Shown: piece by piece, positions 38,668 to 52,699 of the stretch
Position numbering within the stretch: position 1 is the stretch's first letter
Layout: the number at the start of each line of letters is the position of its first letter
Source of the DNA: Lama glama
Lineage: Eukaryota
DNA: 64,000 bases
Assembly: GCA_028534125.1 (NCBI GenBank)
Contig: CM052816.1
Span: 6,946,001-7,010,000, forward strand
Direction of reading: 5' to 3'
The notes under the pieces: generated by a model
The model's input: only the letters and a program-made list of their open reading frames with translations
Databases searched by the model: none
Told to the model about the DNA's origin: nothing
Translations under genes and position numbers: made by a program

Positions 38668-41626
38668 GTATGCAATTTTCTACTGACCACATCGCTCTGA
38701 TGGAAATGGGGAAAGGAGCATGGACGCTGACTCTGTCCGTGATCCCCCCATTTGGGGGGAGGAGGGTGCTGTATACCGCTGCAATCGGGTCTTTCCATCC
38801 CCCGCTCCCTCATCCCCCCTACCCCGCCCGCAGGGTGTCTGGCTTGTGCGTGGAGGTCTGAGACAGTCGATGCCCTGGCAGCTGTTTGCCTGTTTTTTGT
38901 GATTTGTTTTGTCCTTCTGCCTGCTACACCCCCGCCCCATCACTGGCCCTCAACCTCCCTGCATATTGGCTCCACTAGGCTGAGGACTTTAAGGGGAAGC
39001 TTTAGGAGTTACTCAGTTTAATTAGGACTGCATTCTCTCTAACCGCAGTGCCGAAAACCTCAGCTCTCCCGTCTGGGAGCCAAGTGACAACTAGCGGTGA
39101 CGGGGAAGGTTGCACTCGAACGCGCTGGACACAGAACATTTCATTTTCTCTCCTTTTCTGTTGTTGTTTTCTTTTTCTGAGGGGTGGGGGTGGGGTGTTA
39201 CAGAGGCTTAGTGCTTGGAACTGACAGTGTTAAGACTTCAGGTTGTAAAGCCCTGAACCTGGTGTGCAGAGTGCATCTATGCAGGTACAGATTCCAGGAA
39301 ACATTTCTCTTTTGAAACTTTGACTCCCTCCTCGCCCCCATTCACCTTTCCAAACTCTACTTGTTAGCTGCAGATCCTGAACTGATGGGCAAGTCTTGTT
39401 TGTTTTGCTTCTTAATTTATGTCTGTCCCCAATTCAGTAACTGAGTTCTCTCACTCATGGTCTCCTAAGTTAAAATTTTCTCCCTACAGGCTTAGCATTC
39501 TTTTGTTAACACAGGTGAAAAGTGAAAAATCACCTCTTCAGGAAGTCTTGAAATATACAATCCTTTTATAAGTGAGTAAATCATGCCATCTTCAGAGATG
39601 GTTATGATAAATTCCATTTATATGAATTGAAAAAAATTAGTCTTCTTTCATGACCTGCAGGGATCATTAATCTTCTTCGTTTTAGATGCCTGACTCTCAT
39701 GTTTTACCATGACATTAGATTAACAGTTATTTGAAAAACCCACTCTAGGTTGTTTTCTAAAATAAGTAACCACCAAATATTAGTCTCTCCCATCATAAAC
39801 CAGCAAATAATTCTTGCTTTTTTTTCACATTGTAGATAACTCTGTATATGAATTGGTTTGACTAATCCAGTGGTTTGTTTATTAAATGAATGACACCTCC
39901 CCCTAGATTTTAAGAGTCTATATCTGAGACTCTCTTCATGTTTTTCTCTAGATATGAAGAAAAGACCTCTATCCTTCTCTGAGATACCCAATGCTGAAGC
40001 TTCTAATTTCCAGTTCAAATAATTCTTTGATAGGCCACAGTCCTGCCCACATCTCAGAATACAAATAGTCAGGGAGTCAGAATGAAAAAAAGTGCAACAA
40101 TCCAAGGCCTTGTGAAATGTAGCTACTTTATGGGTGAAAGGGCAGAAAGTATCTTCTTAACAATATCAAATTCTCATATACTAGAACTATAAAATGCTGT
40201 GGAGGTGGGGTACTTGGTAACATTGGTATGCAAATTGATTTTCTGTTTGGCTTTCTGAGACAGAACTGAACCAGTGAGATTAAAGAGCAAATTAATAGGA
40301 CCAAGCACATCCTCCTCCACCAACTCCTTTTTTCTTGATGAACAGTTTGGCTTGATTTTCTTCTCCCAGACACTGTCTTTCGCAAAAGGGAGACAGTCTA
40401 AAAGGTTTGCATTGTAATCATTTTGATGAGGTTAGGAATCCACCATGTTAATTCTTTAAGTTACTGGTGGTGGCGTATTAGGAAGCATCACTCTATATTT
40501 CCTTCCCCTACATGTGTCAAGGCAGACATGAGCCACAATGGATATGGGATATAATGCTATGTGTATATAAGGAAAGAAGAGTCACGACTATGGAGAACTG
40601 GAAAGGGATTACTGCCATTGTACTTCCAAAATACAGAAATGGCTACATCATATGGGGAATAAGTGTTTCAGAATGTGAAACATAAAATTATAAAAATAAG
40701 AATTGAACCAAGGAGATATCCTCAGCAATTTTTCAGAGATAAGAGAAAAAAAAGTAACAAGAAAGGAAAGTATTGTCTTTGTCTAATTGGCATTTTCTTT
40801 TCTAACTCTCTCATTTTTTAAAGTTTAGGTGAAAATACAGAAGTATTAAAATCTAGTGGCTCAAAAGAATGTACGTGGGGGTGAGTGGAGACTGGCTCCC
40901 CAGCAGGTTCCATGTGAATAACCCCTTCTCCCCCAAGGGACAGGGGCCGTGTTAGAATGAACCAATCCAATCACCTCAGGCACCCAGATACTCCTTAGAT
41001 TAAATGATGCCAGCTGCTCACCTTGTTGGGGAAATATGGAGGCTAGAAAAAGAAAGGCTCTCAATAACAGAAGTGCTGCTGCATCAGCACGTAACGAGCA
41101 AAATGGCAATAATGACATCAAAACAAACAACAATCGAAGTGAGTGGGAAGAAATGTTATACGGTGCCCACACTGTGAACGAATCAAGACCTTAGAGGGAG
41201 CTGATAGGGAGAGAGATATAGGGTACTGGGGGACAAACAGCATTGCAGTGCTCATCAACTGTGTCCCCATAAGTAAAATAAGATGATTTGGCTGAAGTTC
41301 TTGTTCTGATATTTTAAAAGCCTGTCATTCTAAAATTCCATGAGAGGTAAACTCTAGTATTCTAGTATTCAACAACCTAAATTTTGTCTCTCTGTTTCTA
41401 GTTGGGGATGGGGCTTTATATCCAGGCTGATCAAAAATAATAAGCAAAGATGTGTTTTGTTTTTTCTTTTTCGGTAGAAGCACAATTCCTTTCAAACCTC
41501 CTTTCAAGCCAAGGGGAACTTATTTTGATCCCCAGAGCCCTTACAGTGGCTTATGGCTGGGAAGGGCCCAGGGTGAGTCAAATGTTCTCACCTTCTGAGT
41601 AACCCAAACAGACCCAGGGTATATAA

Positions 41627-41849
41627 CCATGTTTCCCAATTTTGGCACTACTGGCATTTTGAACATTTTGGATAATTTTCTGTTATGAGGGCTGAGCCAC
41701 ACATTGTAAGATGTTTATCAGCATCCTTGGCGCCAATAACACCACCTCCCCAAGTCATGACAATCAAAAATGTCTCCAGACACTGCCAGATATCCAGGAG
41801 GGAGAGGGGAGCAGGGGTGTGCGAAACTGCCTGCAGTTGAGAACCACTG
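41627..41849. mobile_element. MER20 (hAT-Charlie)
   Basis: ttggcactactggcatttt...caatcaaaaatgtctccagacactgccaga...gttgagaaccactg. Confidence 0.85.
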
Positions 41850-44800
41850 GTGTATGAATGACAAAATATTTAACCTAGGGCTCTCATGAACCAATTGTAA
41901 TGGGGAGGAAAGTCTAGTTTCCTTGAGAAAACACCCCTTATGGAAGACACACAGCAACCCAATGAAACAAAAAGGGACTTCGCTTGTGCTTGAGAAGAGA
42001 ATTAAGGCAGAGGAGATAAACTGGGTCTAACCCACGGGTGGTTTTCCCAAAAGATGATTCGCTTTTCTTTATGTGCCGTTTCCATCCACCACCCCAATAA
42101 ATATTACCTTGCACAAGGTTTTGTACTGAATATGGCACTCACTTGCTAAGAAAGGTCACCCAAACCAGTAAAGATGTCTCTATACAAACTAGGGTCAAAA
42201 GGAACATGGCAAATAGATTGCTTCATCTCTTAGTCCTGAAAAACCACCCAGTTGAAAGGTAAATGAGCTTTCATCGGAGGTGGCCCTTCTGGCTTCCTTC
42301 CCATTCTCCAAGCTTGCCAAGAGGGGCAAGTGACCACTCGAATCTTTTCCTCCTTGGTAGCATAGTTGTATTCTTCCTCAAATCTTACCCGTTGCATTTT
42401 GGGCACTGCGGAAAGTGTCTAGGAGCTTCTGAAGTGGGCCAAGGACTTTTTCCTAAGGAAAGACAATCCTTAGGCAAGTATGCATTAGGACCAGTTAAAA
42501 TGCCAATCTACCCTCTTGTGGGGGCTTAGGAAGCTTGAAAAAGAGAAAAGAAAACGTCATGTTTTTTGCTCCCGAAGTACATTTTGGACAAGGACCCTAG
42601 GCTAGTAAATGGAGTTATGAATCGGCACATAACTTCTGCATATTTGCAAAACTGGTAACGACCTATCAGGGGAAGTGTAGGGGCTTTATTTTTGAGGCCA
42701 TCTCATGAAAGTGGTTGCGACCTTGCAGCGCCGTGGAAAGAACAGTTAGGCTACGATTTGAGAAACTTCCTTATAGACTCAGCTCTGCTCTCATCCTGCA
42801 ACATCGCTTTGACAATTGTCCTTCCTTCATGGGGACTCAATTTTCTTACTAGTCAATTCAAATGACCAATTCCAACACCTCTAAGTTCCCTCCAGCCTCA
42901 GATAAGGTCTTCATGAAAGACAGAGGTCTATACCACAAAGGCTCAGGCTAAACTGACTTCAGTGCTGAACTGCCTTCATTTCTTCACTAGGCATTTATTT
43001 ATCAGGTGTTTATGCACCCAGTCCAAGACTAGGCACTCTGCATGGGAGACAGAGGTAACAGATGCCACAGTCCCTGTCCTTGCAGAAAGGGGAGACGCTG
43101 CTCCTTTGAAAGCTACATTAAAAACCTTTTTCCTCCTTCAGAAGGCCCGCAGAGCTCCCCTCCAGACAGTCTGTGTGTGCACGGCCTGCGACAGCATCAC
43201 ATTTATGTGGGCGTCATTAACTTTATTTCCTTCATCAGCTGGCAGAAGCCAGAATGATTTTTAAGATGGATGGCACCACCTCCTGCCTGGCCATCTTGAC
43301 GCTATTCTGCAGGTTTTCTGCTGCTTTGGGCAAAGTAGCCTTGGCCCAAAGGGCAGAAGACCTGGGATCCAGAATTTAGTTAGTGGCATGCCCTTGAGAA
43401 GGTTTCATGACACTTGTGGCCTCAGTTTCCCTGGCTATAAAATGAAGGAAATTGATGAATCACTGTCTCTAAAATTATTTTTAGCTACACTAGTCCAGGA
43501 TTATCGCCTTCCTATCTCCTCCATGATAGAACAGTTTTGGTTATAGCTATTTCAGTTATTACAAAAAATGGCAACCTTGAATTATATTCAGGCTCCAAGG
43601 TCTGAAAGAATTGAGGACCTCAGTAAACAACTTCACTCTCTGGAGAGTTATCCCAACCCAGATACAATTACTGACAGATCCCATAAATGTGTCAGTTTCC
43701 CAGGAAATGCTTAGTGTGCTGAGAAAACATGATGCCTGATCATTATCCTCAGAGATAGAAGAGGGGCCTGGGAAAGAGACCAAAGATTTCTGTACTTTTT
43801 CAGTGATTCTGTTTGGTGTTTTTCCTCCCCTAGAAAGGCTATGTTTTTCAAAATTTGTTTAGCAAACCCCATTCTTCATTAACTTATTTTCCCCATCTTT
43901 ATTAACCAAAGGCATTACAGAACTGCCAGAAAGACTAATAAAATTGAGAGATAAGCAATATCGCCACACTGAGATGACCTAAGAGAAAGCAAAAGTAAAG
44001 ATGTGACACTTTTTAGTTAGTCCACAGAGCCTTGTCTGAAGTAAATATGCAACGTGTTAGTCTTTGAAATGTTTAAAATGGGTTTTGAATTCTTATGACT
44101 ATGTCATGAACCCCCTAGGTATCCAGGGACCCCATTTGGGAAACATTAGATTTGATTTATCCTATATGGCTCCACGAGAAGAACTGGAGTAAACTGATGA
44201 ACATATTTTTAAAATACACACACAAATTCAGGTTCAATGTAACTGAGAACCTTCTGGTAGATCCATCAAATGGTGCAGCGGCTGCCTCAGTGGTAGTGAG
44301 CATCCCTGTCAGTGGAGGTGTGCAAGCAGAGATGGAAAATCCACCTCCTGGGAGGGATGTAGAAGAAATTCAAGCTGCTATTGTGGACTGAGATTTGTAA
44401 TGTGCTGCAGAAAAGTAAATGAAATGCAGGTCAGAGATACATCTTCACGATACTTATGTTGCCTCCTTTCCTGATTCCCAAATTACCATCTGATCTTCAT
44501 TAGCTCTCTGAGTCATGCCATAAACACACACTCACTTGTACCTTTTCCTTCTTTAAAATGGATTGGATAATAAATAAATTGGGCAACAAACATGCACGCA
44601 CCCAAACTCAAGATGCGACAAAGGATTATTAAAGGAAATCACCTCGGTTATGTAAGAGCCTGGTTTTGAGAAATGAGAAGATATTGCAGAAGAAGAGAAC
44701 GTCAGGGCCAGAAAGACCAGCCAGAAAATGCCCTGGTCCACAGACAAGCCTCAGGCACAGGTGGTGTTCACAGGACTGACGGCCTGTGTGGCTGAAGGCT

Positions 44801-45384
44801 TCTCAGCCCTGAACTCAAGCTGTCTCTCCTGAACCAGCTCCCTGTTAAGCCTAACACACAACTGAAAACACCATCAGGCTAGCCAGGAAATTTGTTCAGA
44901 AAGCACATTAGAAGAGAACAATGCCCTCTGAAGCTGGGGAGAGGGGCTTATATGCACAGGCCTGCGCTTTGCAGCGCAAGCCCTTGGGAGGGGTACTGAG
45001 GCCCCAAAGCTTTTGAAACTTCTTATAAAGGATCCCTTTGTGGTTTTCTGAAGTTGATATTGTCCGAGTCTCCCGAGGCTAATTCAGTGCAATTAGATTA
45101 CCATTCTCTGCCTTTGAATTCGGCTGTTTTTCAGTGTTCATTGCTAAATGAGTTTACCATCTTAAACAGAACTGTTGATAGTCGTTAATCCCAGCCATGA
45201 AATGGGCAGCGTTCTGTCTTGCCTCATATACTGGGCAACCTCAGGCACCCAGAGAACAAGCCTCCGCTCTCTTGCTCGCAAGGTCCATCCTCCATCTCCC
45301 ACTCATTCACCCACAGGGAATCGCACTTTCCTTCAGGGTGTCTTAAGTACCAACCAAAAGAATCATGGAGACTCAGGGCAGTTC

Positions 45385-45690
45385 TATAATTTTAACAGCT
45401 CTCAAATCTAGCTGTGAGGGGCTTGTCAAATGCATGGCTTCCCACCATCATACCAGACTCTGAAACAGAATCTCTTAGGATGGAGACCCAGACACCGGTA
45501 ATAGTAACAAGAGTCTCTAGGTCAGTGTGTTTCAGAGTGTGTATAATCCCCTGAGGATCTCACTGAGATGCTGATTCAGACTCGGGAGGTCTTGGGGCGG
45601 GGGAAGGGTGCCTGAGAAACTGCATTTCTAACTGCCCCCAGGTGATGCTGATGCGTCCATGGACCAAAGGTTTGAGTAGCAAGGCTCTAA
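45385..45690. mobile_element. MER5-like hAT elements (probably two, nested or adjacent)
   Basis: gatgctgattcag...cctgagaaactgcatttctaac..cccaggtgatgctgatgc...tttgagtagcaagg. Confidence 0.65.
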
Positions 45691-47759
45691 ATCATTCTGA
45701 CTGGGGTCCCCAGACATAGATCAACCCTTTTATTTTGCCGATCAAGAGAGAATCAATGACTTCCTTGAGGTTATAGAGTGAATGCTAGAGCTCCCAAAGC
45801 CCTCCACAGCTGTGCTCTTCCCCCAGACTTATTCCCCTGCACGCCATCTCTGCAGCCCACGTGCCCTAGACTCTGCCACTGTCCTTTTCTTCCTTCAGCC
45901 CTTTCACATACTGTCCTCCCTCATAAACATAAAAATGCACCTCAAAAAGGGTTCCTCAGGGAGCTATCCCCATTCCCAAACTGGTGGTCTGGTCCTGAAG
46001 TCCTAGTGCACCAAAAGTTCTCATTCACACAGCTGGGAACTCTGACTGTATGACACTGGATAAAAAGAAGGGGCACCTCAGGAACTGGCTTTGAAACCTG
46101 GCACCAAGAGGCCCTGGGACACAGCAATGAGAGTCTGTGGGGACTGAAGGAAGAGTAGATCAAAGCTGATTAGAAGGAAGGAATCTGTGGGTTCTTCTCC
46201 AAAGATGATCTCACTGACCAGTCTTCCTGTGTACACTGTACCATCAACCCTGCATAACTTACGATTCCCAGATGTTCAGATACTGCCACCCCAATCTGCC
46301 ATCTGTCTGACCTCAGGACCATGTCCTTCCTTCCTCTCTACCCCTTTGGCCTGTCATACTTTCTGAAAACCACATTAGTATCTTATACATCAAGTGACTG
46401 TCATGATCTGCTGTGGTTTACTGCTGTGCATTCAGTTTTGCAACACTCCCCAGCTCCAGAGGAATGCAGCAAGGCTGCTGCAACTTTGGCTGCCAGGCAT
46501 ACTTGCAGGATTCTCTTGCAAGAGCACTTTACAGTTTACAGAGTGTTTCACATCTGCAATCCCATATGAGCTTCCCAATATCCTTAAAAAATAGATACAA
46601 GGCACTGGTTACTAGCCCCATTTTAGAGCTGAGAAAACCTGAGGCTTGGAAAAGAACAGTGACTTGCCTAAGACCATGCTGTTAATCCCAGGGTAAAGTC
46701 AGGATTCAAATACAAATCTTCTCCCTCTTAACTCACCACACTACCTTTTTGCTCTGTGCTGGAATATATATATATCTCTAACACCTGGAATACATATATA
46801 AATACATATACACACACATATACATGCTACCCTTCATAGATATAGGTAGGGATATTCTGATATAGATATTCCTCTTTATATATTCCTCTCAAAGCTGCAG
46901 CCCCTGTGAACTGAGGCAAATATCAGGATAATAGCCTTCACCCTCTATTGATGGGCTGCAGGGGTAGAAAGAAGCCTATAAGCTGGGAATTTCCCATGAG
47001 GCCTTTGGTTTGACAAAGTCACAGTCTTCCAATTCATGGCCAGAAAGGCATTTCTTTCTCTGTTTTTCATCATTTTTAATTGTGCAATCTATGCATACAT
47101 TCTCTTTTTAAAAAACTCTAATCCTAGATGTAGTAACCTAAAATCCCCTTTGATAATGATCTCCAGGTCCCTCCCAGCTTTTATTTCTTTAAGGGGTATC
47201 CTAGTTGATCATTTTTATTTATATATATATTATATTTATATATACACACACACAAAATGATATATATTTTTAATAGTTATACACATGTTGAAATATATAC
47301 CGAAATATGTTGAACTATATATACTAGCTATTGAAATATATACACTATCATTTCGTGCAATCAAATTGCCCATATGATTCTGCAATTTGTTTTGTTCACA
47401 TATTAACGTGTCTTGGAAAGCATTACCTGTTAAGGCATACAGCTCCACTTCATTCTTTTAACTACTGCAGAATATTTTATGTTTTGGATATCCCACTGTT
47501 TTCCAGCCATGCCCCTACTGGTGGGCATTTCTACTTTTTTCTAGTTTTTCTACTGAAATCAGTGTAGCAATAATCAGTGTACCTACATCTTCGTGAACAC
47601 ATGACTTTTTCCAGGCAGAAAACAAGAACAGGAAAGGAACGGCTAGGGTATAAAGCATGTGCATCTTTTACATTAACAGATGCTACAGGCAGACATCACT
47701 TTCTTCCTTCCCTCCTGATGCTCCATCTCAGCCTTGACTGCAACAACTCAATAATTATA

Positions 47760-47990
47760 ATAATCATTACTATTTATTGAGTGTTTATTGAATGCTAGGT
47801 ACTGGGCTAACAACTTCATATGCCTCATCTCATCCACCTTTAGACCTAAGTGCTATTATATTCCCATTTTACAGGTGACAAAACTGAGGCATAAATAGGT
47901 GATGTAGTTTGCCCAAGGTAAGACAACTCTTAAGAGGCAGAGAAGATTTCAAAAGTAAGTCTGACTGCAGAAAACATTCTTTTAATCCTT
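47760..47990 (-). mobile_element. MIR SINE
   Basis: tatttattgagtgtttatt...cccattttacaggtgacaaaactgaggc...ttgcccaagg. Confidence 0.8.
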
Positions 47991-50609
47991 GAACTGCCAT
48001 TGTGATTCCAAGAATGAACTAGGGAGGAGGAAGGAGGCTGAATGTGATAAAGAAGATGGAAATAAAAAGATGAGTTTGTTTTTTCCAATAATCAAGGGCT
48101 AATCTCCTGCAGGTTGTTCTACCTAACAGTAAAGTTAACTTAAATCTATAAATATATGTGATTTTTTCCATCACTATCCTTCATATAGGAGGGAAATTGC
48201 ACTAATTTCTGCCCCCAGCATAGAATATGTGGTGAGGGCTCTGTCTAGGGGTAGAGATGGGTTACTGCATCACATCTGGTCGTCTTCATTCCAAAATCAC
48301 TCAACTGAAAGAGCTAGCAAGGATTATGGGAGAGAATGTCTGACTGAGTCAAGAGGTCAGGAAGAAGGGCAGTATAATATCTGGCCCATTTTAAAATTTT
48401 ATTTTTAAATTGCCAGTCCCTAGTACTCAGACCAAAGATCTTTTCAAGCCTTACGCTCTAACCCCCAAACACACAGGACTGAGTATACCTGGCTTCCCTT
48501 CAGTTTCTGTACGGAGGCTAGAGGCGTAGCCCAGTCTCCAGCACCAGAGGTCTCACCACAAGCTCCAATTTGCCACTTGCAAAGCAGATCCAAAGGGCTT
48601 CTCAAAACAGCTCTACGCCAAGAAAAGACACAGCCTAAATGAGGGCGTGGGAGCAGAATAGGGAGAGGTAGCGAGGTCTAGACTAGCTCTTCTTTCTAAA
48701 CATCAGCATCACTCCAGACAAGGCTTGTGGGACACCCAAACAATGCTGTCTCAGGTACCTGTTTCCAAGAGCCATCTGAGTGACATCAGAGATATGTCTA
48801 GATGTGTCACTAGCAGGCCTATTGTTAGTAGAAGGAAAAATGCAATGAAAGTAAAGTCTCCTAATACGAACTTCTGAAATAAACTTGCTGGTTTGTTTGT
48901 TTACAGTATAAACATTATACGTGTTTGCCATAAAATATTTAAACCACATAGGGAGATAGTTTAAAACTAAAATGCACAGAAATCCTACTCCCTAGGGTAA
49001 ATCACTTAACAATTCAATATTCATCTTTCCAAATAATTTTAATAACATAATAATGGCAAAAACACCAATGTTTACTATGTGCCTGATACCTTTCTAAATG
49101 TTGAGTATGTATTAACCCATATAATCCTCAGAACAATCTTATAAAGGATATACTATTAGTCATCCCATTGTATAGCTGAGGTTACAGATAAGGAAACAGA
49201 GAAGTCAAATAATTTTCCTAGGGTTGCCCAGCTTGGAAATGGCAGTGCTAGGTCGAAATTCAAGCAGCCTGGCTTCAGAGAGCCTTTAACTGCTGTACTA
49301 CAATAGTAAACTATCTCTGTTTTACAAAAATGGGATTATACTAAACACCATATTCTGCAACTTCTCCTTTTTCCACTTTTTTCACTCAGCAATACTTTGT
49401 CAGTACACACACAGATCGATCTCATTCATGTGTGTATTTATGCTGTCCTTCAGGGACAACACCAGGGTTCAGTATGACACGACTCCCATCTTGCCACAAG
49501 ACAGCCCTTGCCTCCATTTCCAGCTCCTTTACTTCACACAAATCAAACTCCAGCACAAACTGAATTTCCCATTGGTCTGTTACATGCCCATTATTCTCAT
49601 CTCTGTCCTTTTCTCCTACTGTTCTCTATCCCTCTACAAATATGGAAAAACCCCTCCCCTCATTTCTGCACTGAAAGGCACACCCACCAGCTCTAGTCAA
49701 GCTAACTTGATTTTTGAATTCTGCCTCCGTCATCTCCTTGCGATATTATTTGGCAGTTTGCTCAACATTTCTGAGCCCCAAGTTCCTCATCTTAAAAAAC
49801 AGAGATAATGATTTTACTGGTAAACACAGTCACCTTTCAAGCACTTTTTCTGAGAAAGCACAAGCCCTTAACGAATGGTAATTCCCTCTCCATTTCTCCG
49901 GCATCCTCCCCATTTCTCAAGATTCACCTCTCACAATACGTCCTCCATGAAGCAATCCCCGGGCTGCCACCATCCTTACCTCCAATTGGGCATGGACTCT
50001 CCCTCCTAAATCTCCTTGGAAATATAGGCACTACTCTTGGCACTGTTTTTTTGCTTAATGTGGCCTTACATACATTTGGGTGCCCTTCTAACTTTCCTGC
50101 TGCTTTTTAAGCCCTTCAAAGGCAAGGAACTTAATGGATTTTTTGGCACATGTCAAAGGCCAACAAGAAGACATGGACACATCCCATGGTGATTCCCAGA
50201 GTCTTCAACTTTCTCTACTTCCCTCTCATGATAGGATCATCCCAGTGGTTCATGTATATTAGATATTCAGTGCTTGTTGAATTGTTTTGTCCCCATATGC
50301 CAGCTCTCATCCTTCTCTTACGGCTCTGCAGAAGCCCAGGACCAGTAGGCTTCCAACCAGCCAACCCAAAGCACTGCTTTGTCTCACTGTGACCCTTTAT
50401 TGCTCCAAGAAATGAGTCACAGCGAGAGTGAGGTAGACATGCAGCTCAGCCCTGGCTCAGGAGCTGCTGCACGAAGTTGTTCAGCCTTATCCTTGCTGTC
50501 TGGTTGGGTATGTCCAAACTCTGGGCCTCTCAAAACATCTAAACCCTTCCCACCATCACCTGGGTCTGCAGAAAGTCCTTTTCCATGGGACAAGGCAAAC
50601 TTTTTGAAA

Positions 50610-50775
50610 TTTTTTTTTGGTTTGGTTTGGTTTGGTTTTTTGTTGTTGTTGTTGCTTTTATTTTGAGGGGGAGGCAATTAGGTTTATTTATTTATTTTAA
50701 TGGAGGTACTGGGGATTGAACCCAGGACCTCATGCATGCTAAGCATGTGCTCTACCCCTGAGCTATACCCTGCCC
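50610..50775 (-). mobile_element. tRNA-derived camelid SINE (Vic-1-like) with microsatellite-like tail
   Basis: ggaggtactggggattgaacccaggacctcatgcatgctaagcatgtgctctacccctgagctataccc, preceded by a T-rich (TTTGG)n/(TTG)n tail. Confidence 0.9.
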
Positions 50776-51167
50776 TCTAAAATGGTTTTTAATTGTGCAG
50801 AAAGCATAGACCTCATTGGAGATCATTTTCTTGATGTGGCCTAAAACAACTAGTAGAAAAGACAAACTCTTCACAGGAGCCAAGAAAAGACTGCATCATG
50901 TCCAGAGAAAAGGGGCTTGGAGAACTTCACTGAACATGCCTTGGAATATGAAAAGCTACACTTCCTGACAAAGAGGATAAAAAGGTTCAGTAAAGGATTC
51001 AATCCCCATGCTACCTCAAAATTGGACAGCCTAGAGATTAGAGCAAGATTTTCCTCCCCTCAAAAGCCCTGCTCTAACTGTGTAACTGAGTCTCAGTATT
51101 TTCATCCCTAGAATAAGATTCAACTATGTAAAGACTGTTAAGTCTTTCCAGCTGTCACTGTACAATT

Positions 51168-51243
51168 CTTTTTTTCTTTAGTAGAGGTACTGGAGATTGA
51201 ACCCAGGACTTTGTGCATGCTAAGCATGAGCTATACCCACCCC
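51168..51243 (-). mobile_element. Camelid SINE, short with internal deletion
   Basis: gaggtactggagattgaacccaggactttgtgcatgctaagcatg|agctataccc lacks ~13 nt relative to the copy at 50.7 kb. Confidence 0.85.
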
Positions 51244-51924
51244 TCTGTAATTCTTAATTTAAGTTGGCTCACAGAAGACCCAGCAGTTAAAAGCTCGAGC
51301 TTGGGAATTAGTCAAATGTGTTCTGGAATCCTGGTTATACCAGTTGCTATGGTATACCACTCTATGCCTTGGAGCAAGATTGTTTTTAAGACTCCTAAGC
51401 CTCAATTTTCCTCATCTGTAAAATGGCAATGATAATTATTCCTCCCTGACAAATCACCCTAAGGATTCAGTGGGAGAAGGTGTGTAGTGTGTCAGCACTG
51501 CACATGGTACAAAGCAACTGTGCAAAGCAGGAAAACCAAGATTACTATCATTTAAAAGGGATAGGTGCAAAGCATTGTGGGAGCATAAAGAAGGCTCTGC
51601 CTAACTCTACCTGGAGGTGAGGAGACAGTACAATGTTGAAGACAATTTTAATAGGAGTCAGAACACTTAAACTGGGTCATAAAGAATGACTAATTCACTA
51701 GGTGGCAAAGAGTGCCAAGAGAGAATGATGCAGACAGAGGGAAAGGGCTTACAGAATAGGCGAGCTGGATGAGGTGCAGCTCAAGGGCACTGGATGGGCC
51801 ACCTGTCCACCATTACCCAGGCTCAGCCCCGTCCTGCTCTGCCCTGTTCTCTCCCAATGGGCCTTTTATCAATTGGAAGCCTGGCTAAGAGTGGATTAGC
51901 TACTAGCCATTTGGCACTAAACAA

Positions 51925-52120
51925 AAAATATTTATTGAATTCCCACTACAAGCCATCAATGGTTCTACGTTCTGGGGACAGATACAGTGATGAGCAGAAC
52001 AGACTTGGTCCTTTCTCTGACACAGCTCACCTTCTGGGGTGGGTACAAACAAGGAAACAACTTGGGAAACTAGAGAATTTCAGGCCATGGTCAGTGCTGT
52101 AAGTCCAATCGAACAGGAGG
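51925..52120 (-). mobile_element. LINE-2 3' end fragment
   Basis: aaatatttattgaattcccactac...ttctggggacagatacagtgatgagcagaacagac. Confidence 0.65.
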
Positions 52121-52699
52121 ACAGGACAGAAAATAGTCCACTGGAATCCATCACATGGTATCTACACTTTCACACACATCTATTATATCCCTTAAGGCCT
52201 ATAGCGTAGGGAGGTGGGCGGGTGGGAAAAAACTGTTTTTCTTTTACCGATGAGGAAACTGAAACCCTGACAGAAGAAGTGAATCATCCAAAGCCTAACA
52301 GCCAGTAAGTGCCAAAGGCAGTTTGTGTTTCTCATTCTGTGCAGAGAAGCCCAAAACATCTAGGACGAAAGATTAAACGGGGGAAAACAAGCAAGAAGCA
52401 AAACAGTATATATATAGTAGGATCCTGTGTTTTTTTTTTTTATGTTTTATTGTTCTCTTATGGGAAAAGAAAAGTCTCGAGAAATGGATCCAAAACTGTT
52501 TGTAGTTGTTATTATCTCTTGAGAATGAGACTATGGGGGACTTTCACTTCCTACATTAAATATTTTGGTAATGCTTGGATGTTTTACAACAACATGTATT
52601 ACTTTTGAAAGCTGGAAAGTCGTCTTTTAAAAAAAAAGGTGGGGCGGGGATATCAGAAAGAATAAGCACAAAATCAAAGTTGGAGCTTACCTTAATCAA

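Larger units (their letters stand above)
37480..39130 (+). promoter_or_regulatory. GLRA1: CpG-enriched GLRA1 promoter / first-exon region
   Basis: CpG density visibly above the flanks. GC boxes near 37485-37495 and 37677-37718; CCAAT motifs at 37569 (reverse), 37613 and ~38177. Surrounds coding exon 1. Confidence 0.8.

Noticed and set aside
38743..38760. 8-bp inverted repeat TCCCCCCA-TT-TGGGGGGA just inside intron 1
   Set aside because: Low-complexity C/G runs with a 2-nt loop; easily arises by chance.
38583..38861. 92-aa ORF from the ORF track over GLRA1 exon 1
   Set aside because: GTG start, out of frame with the true ATG at 38612, and it reads through the splice donor into the intron.
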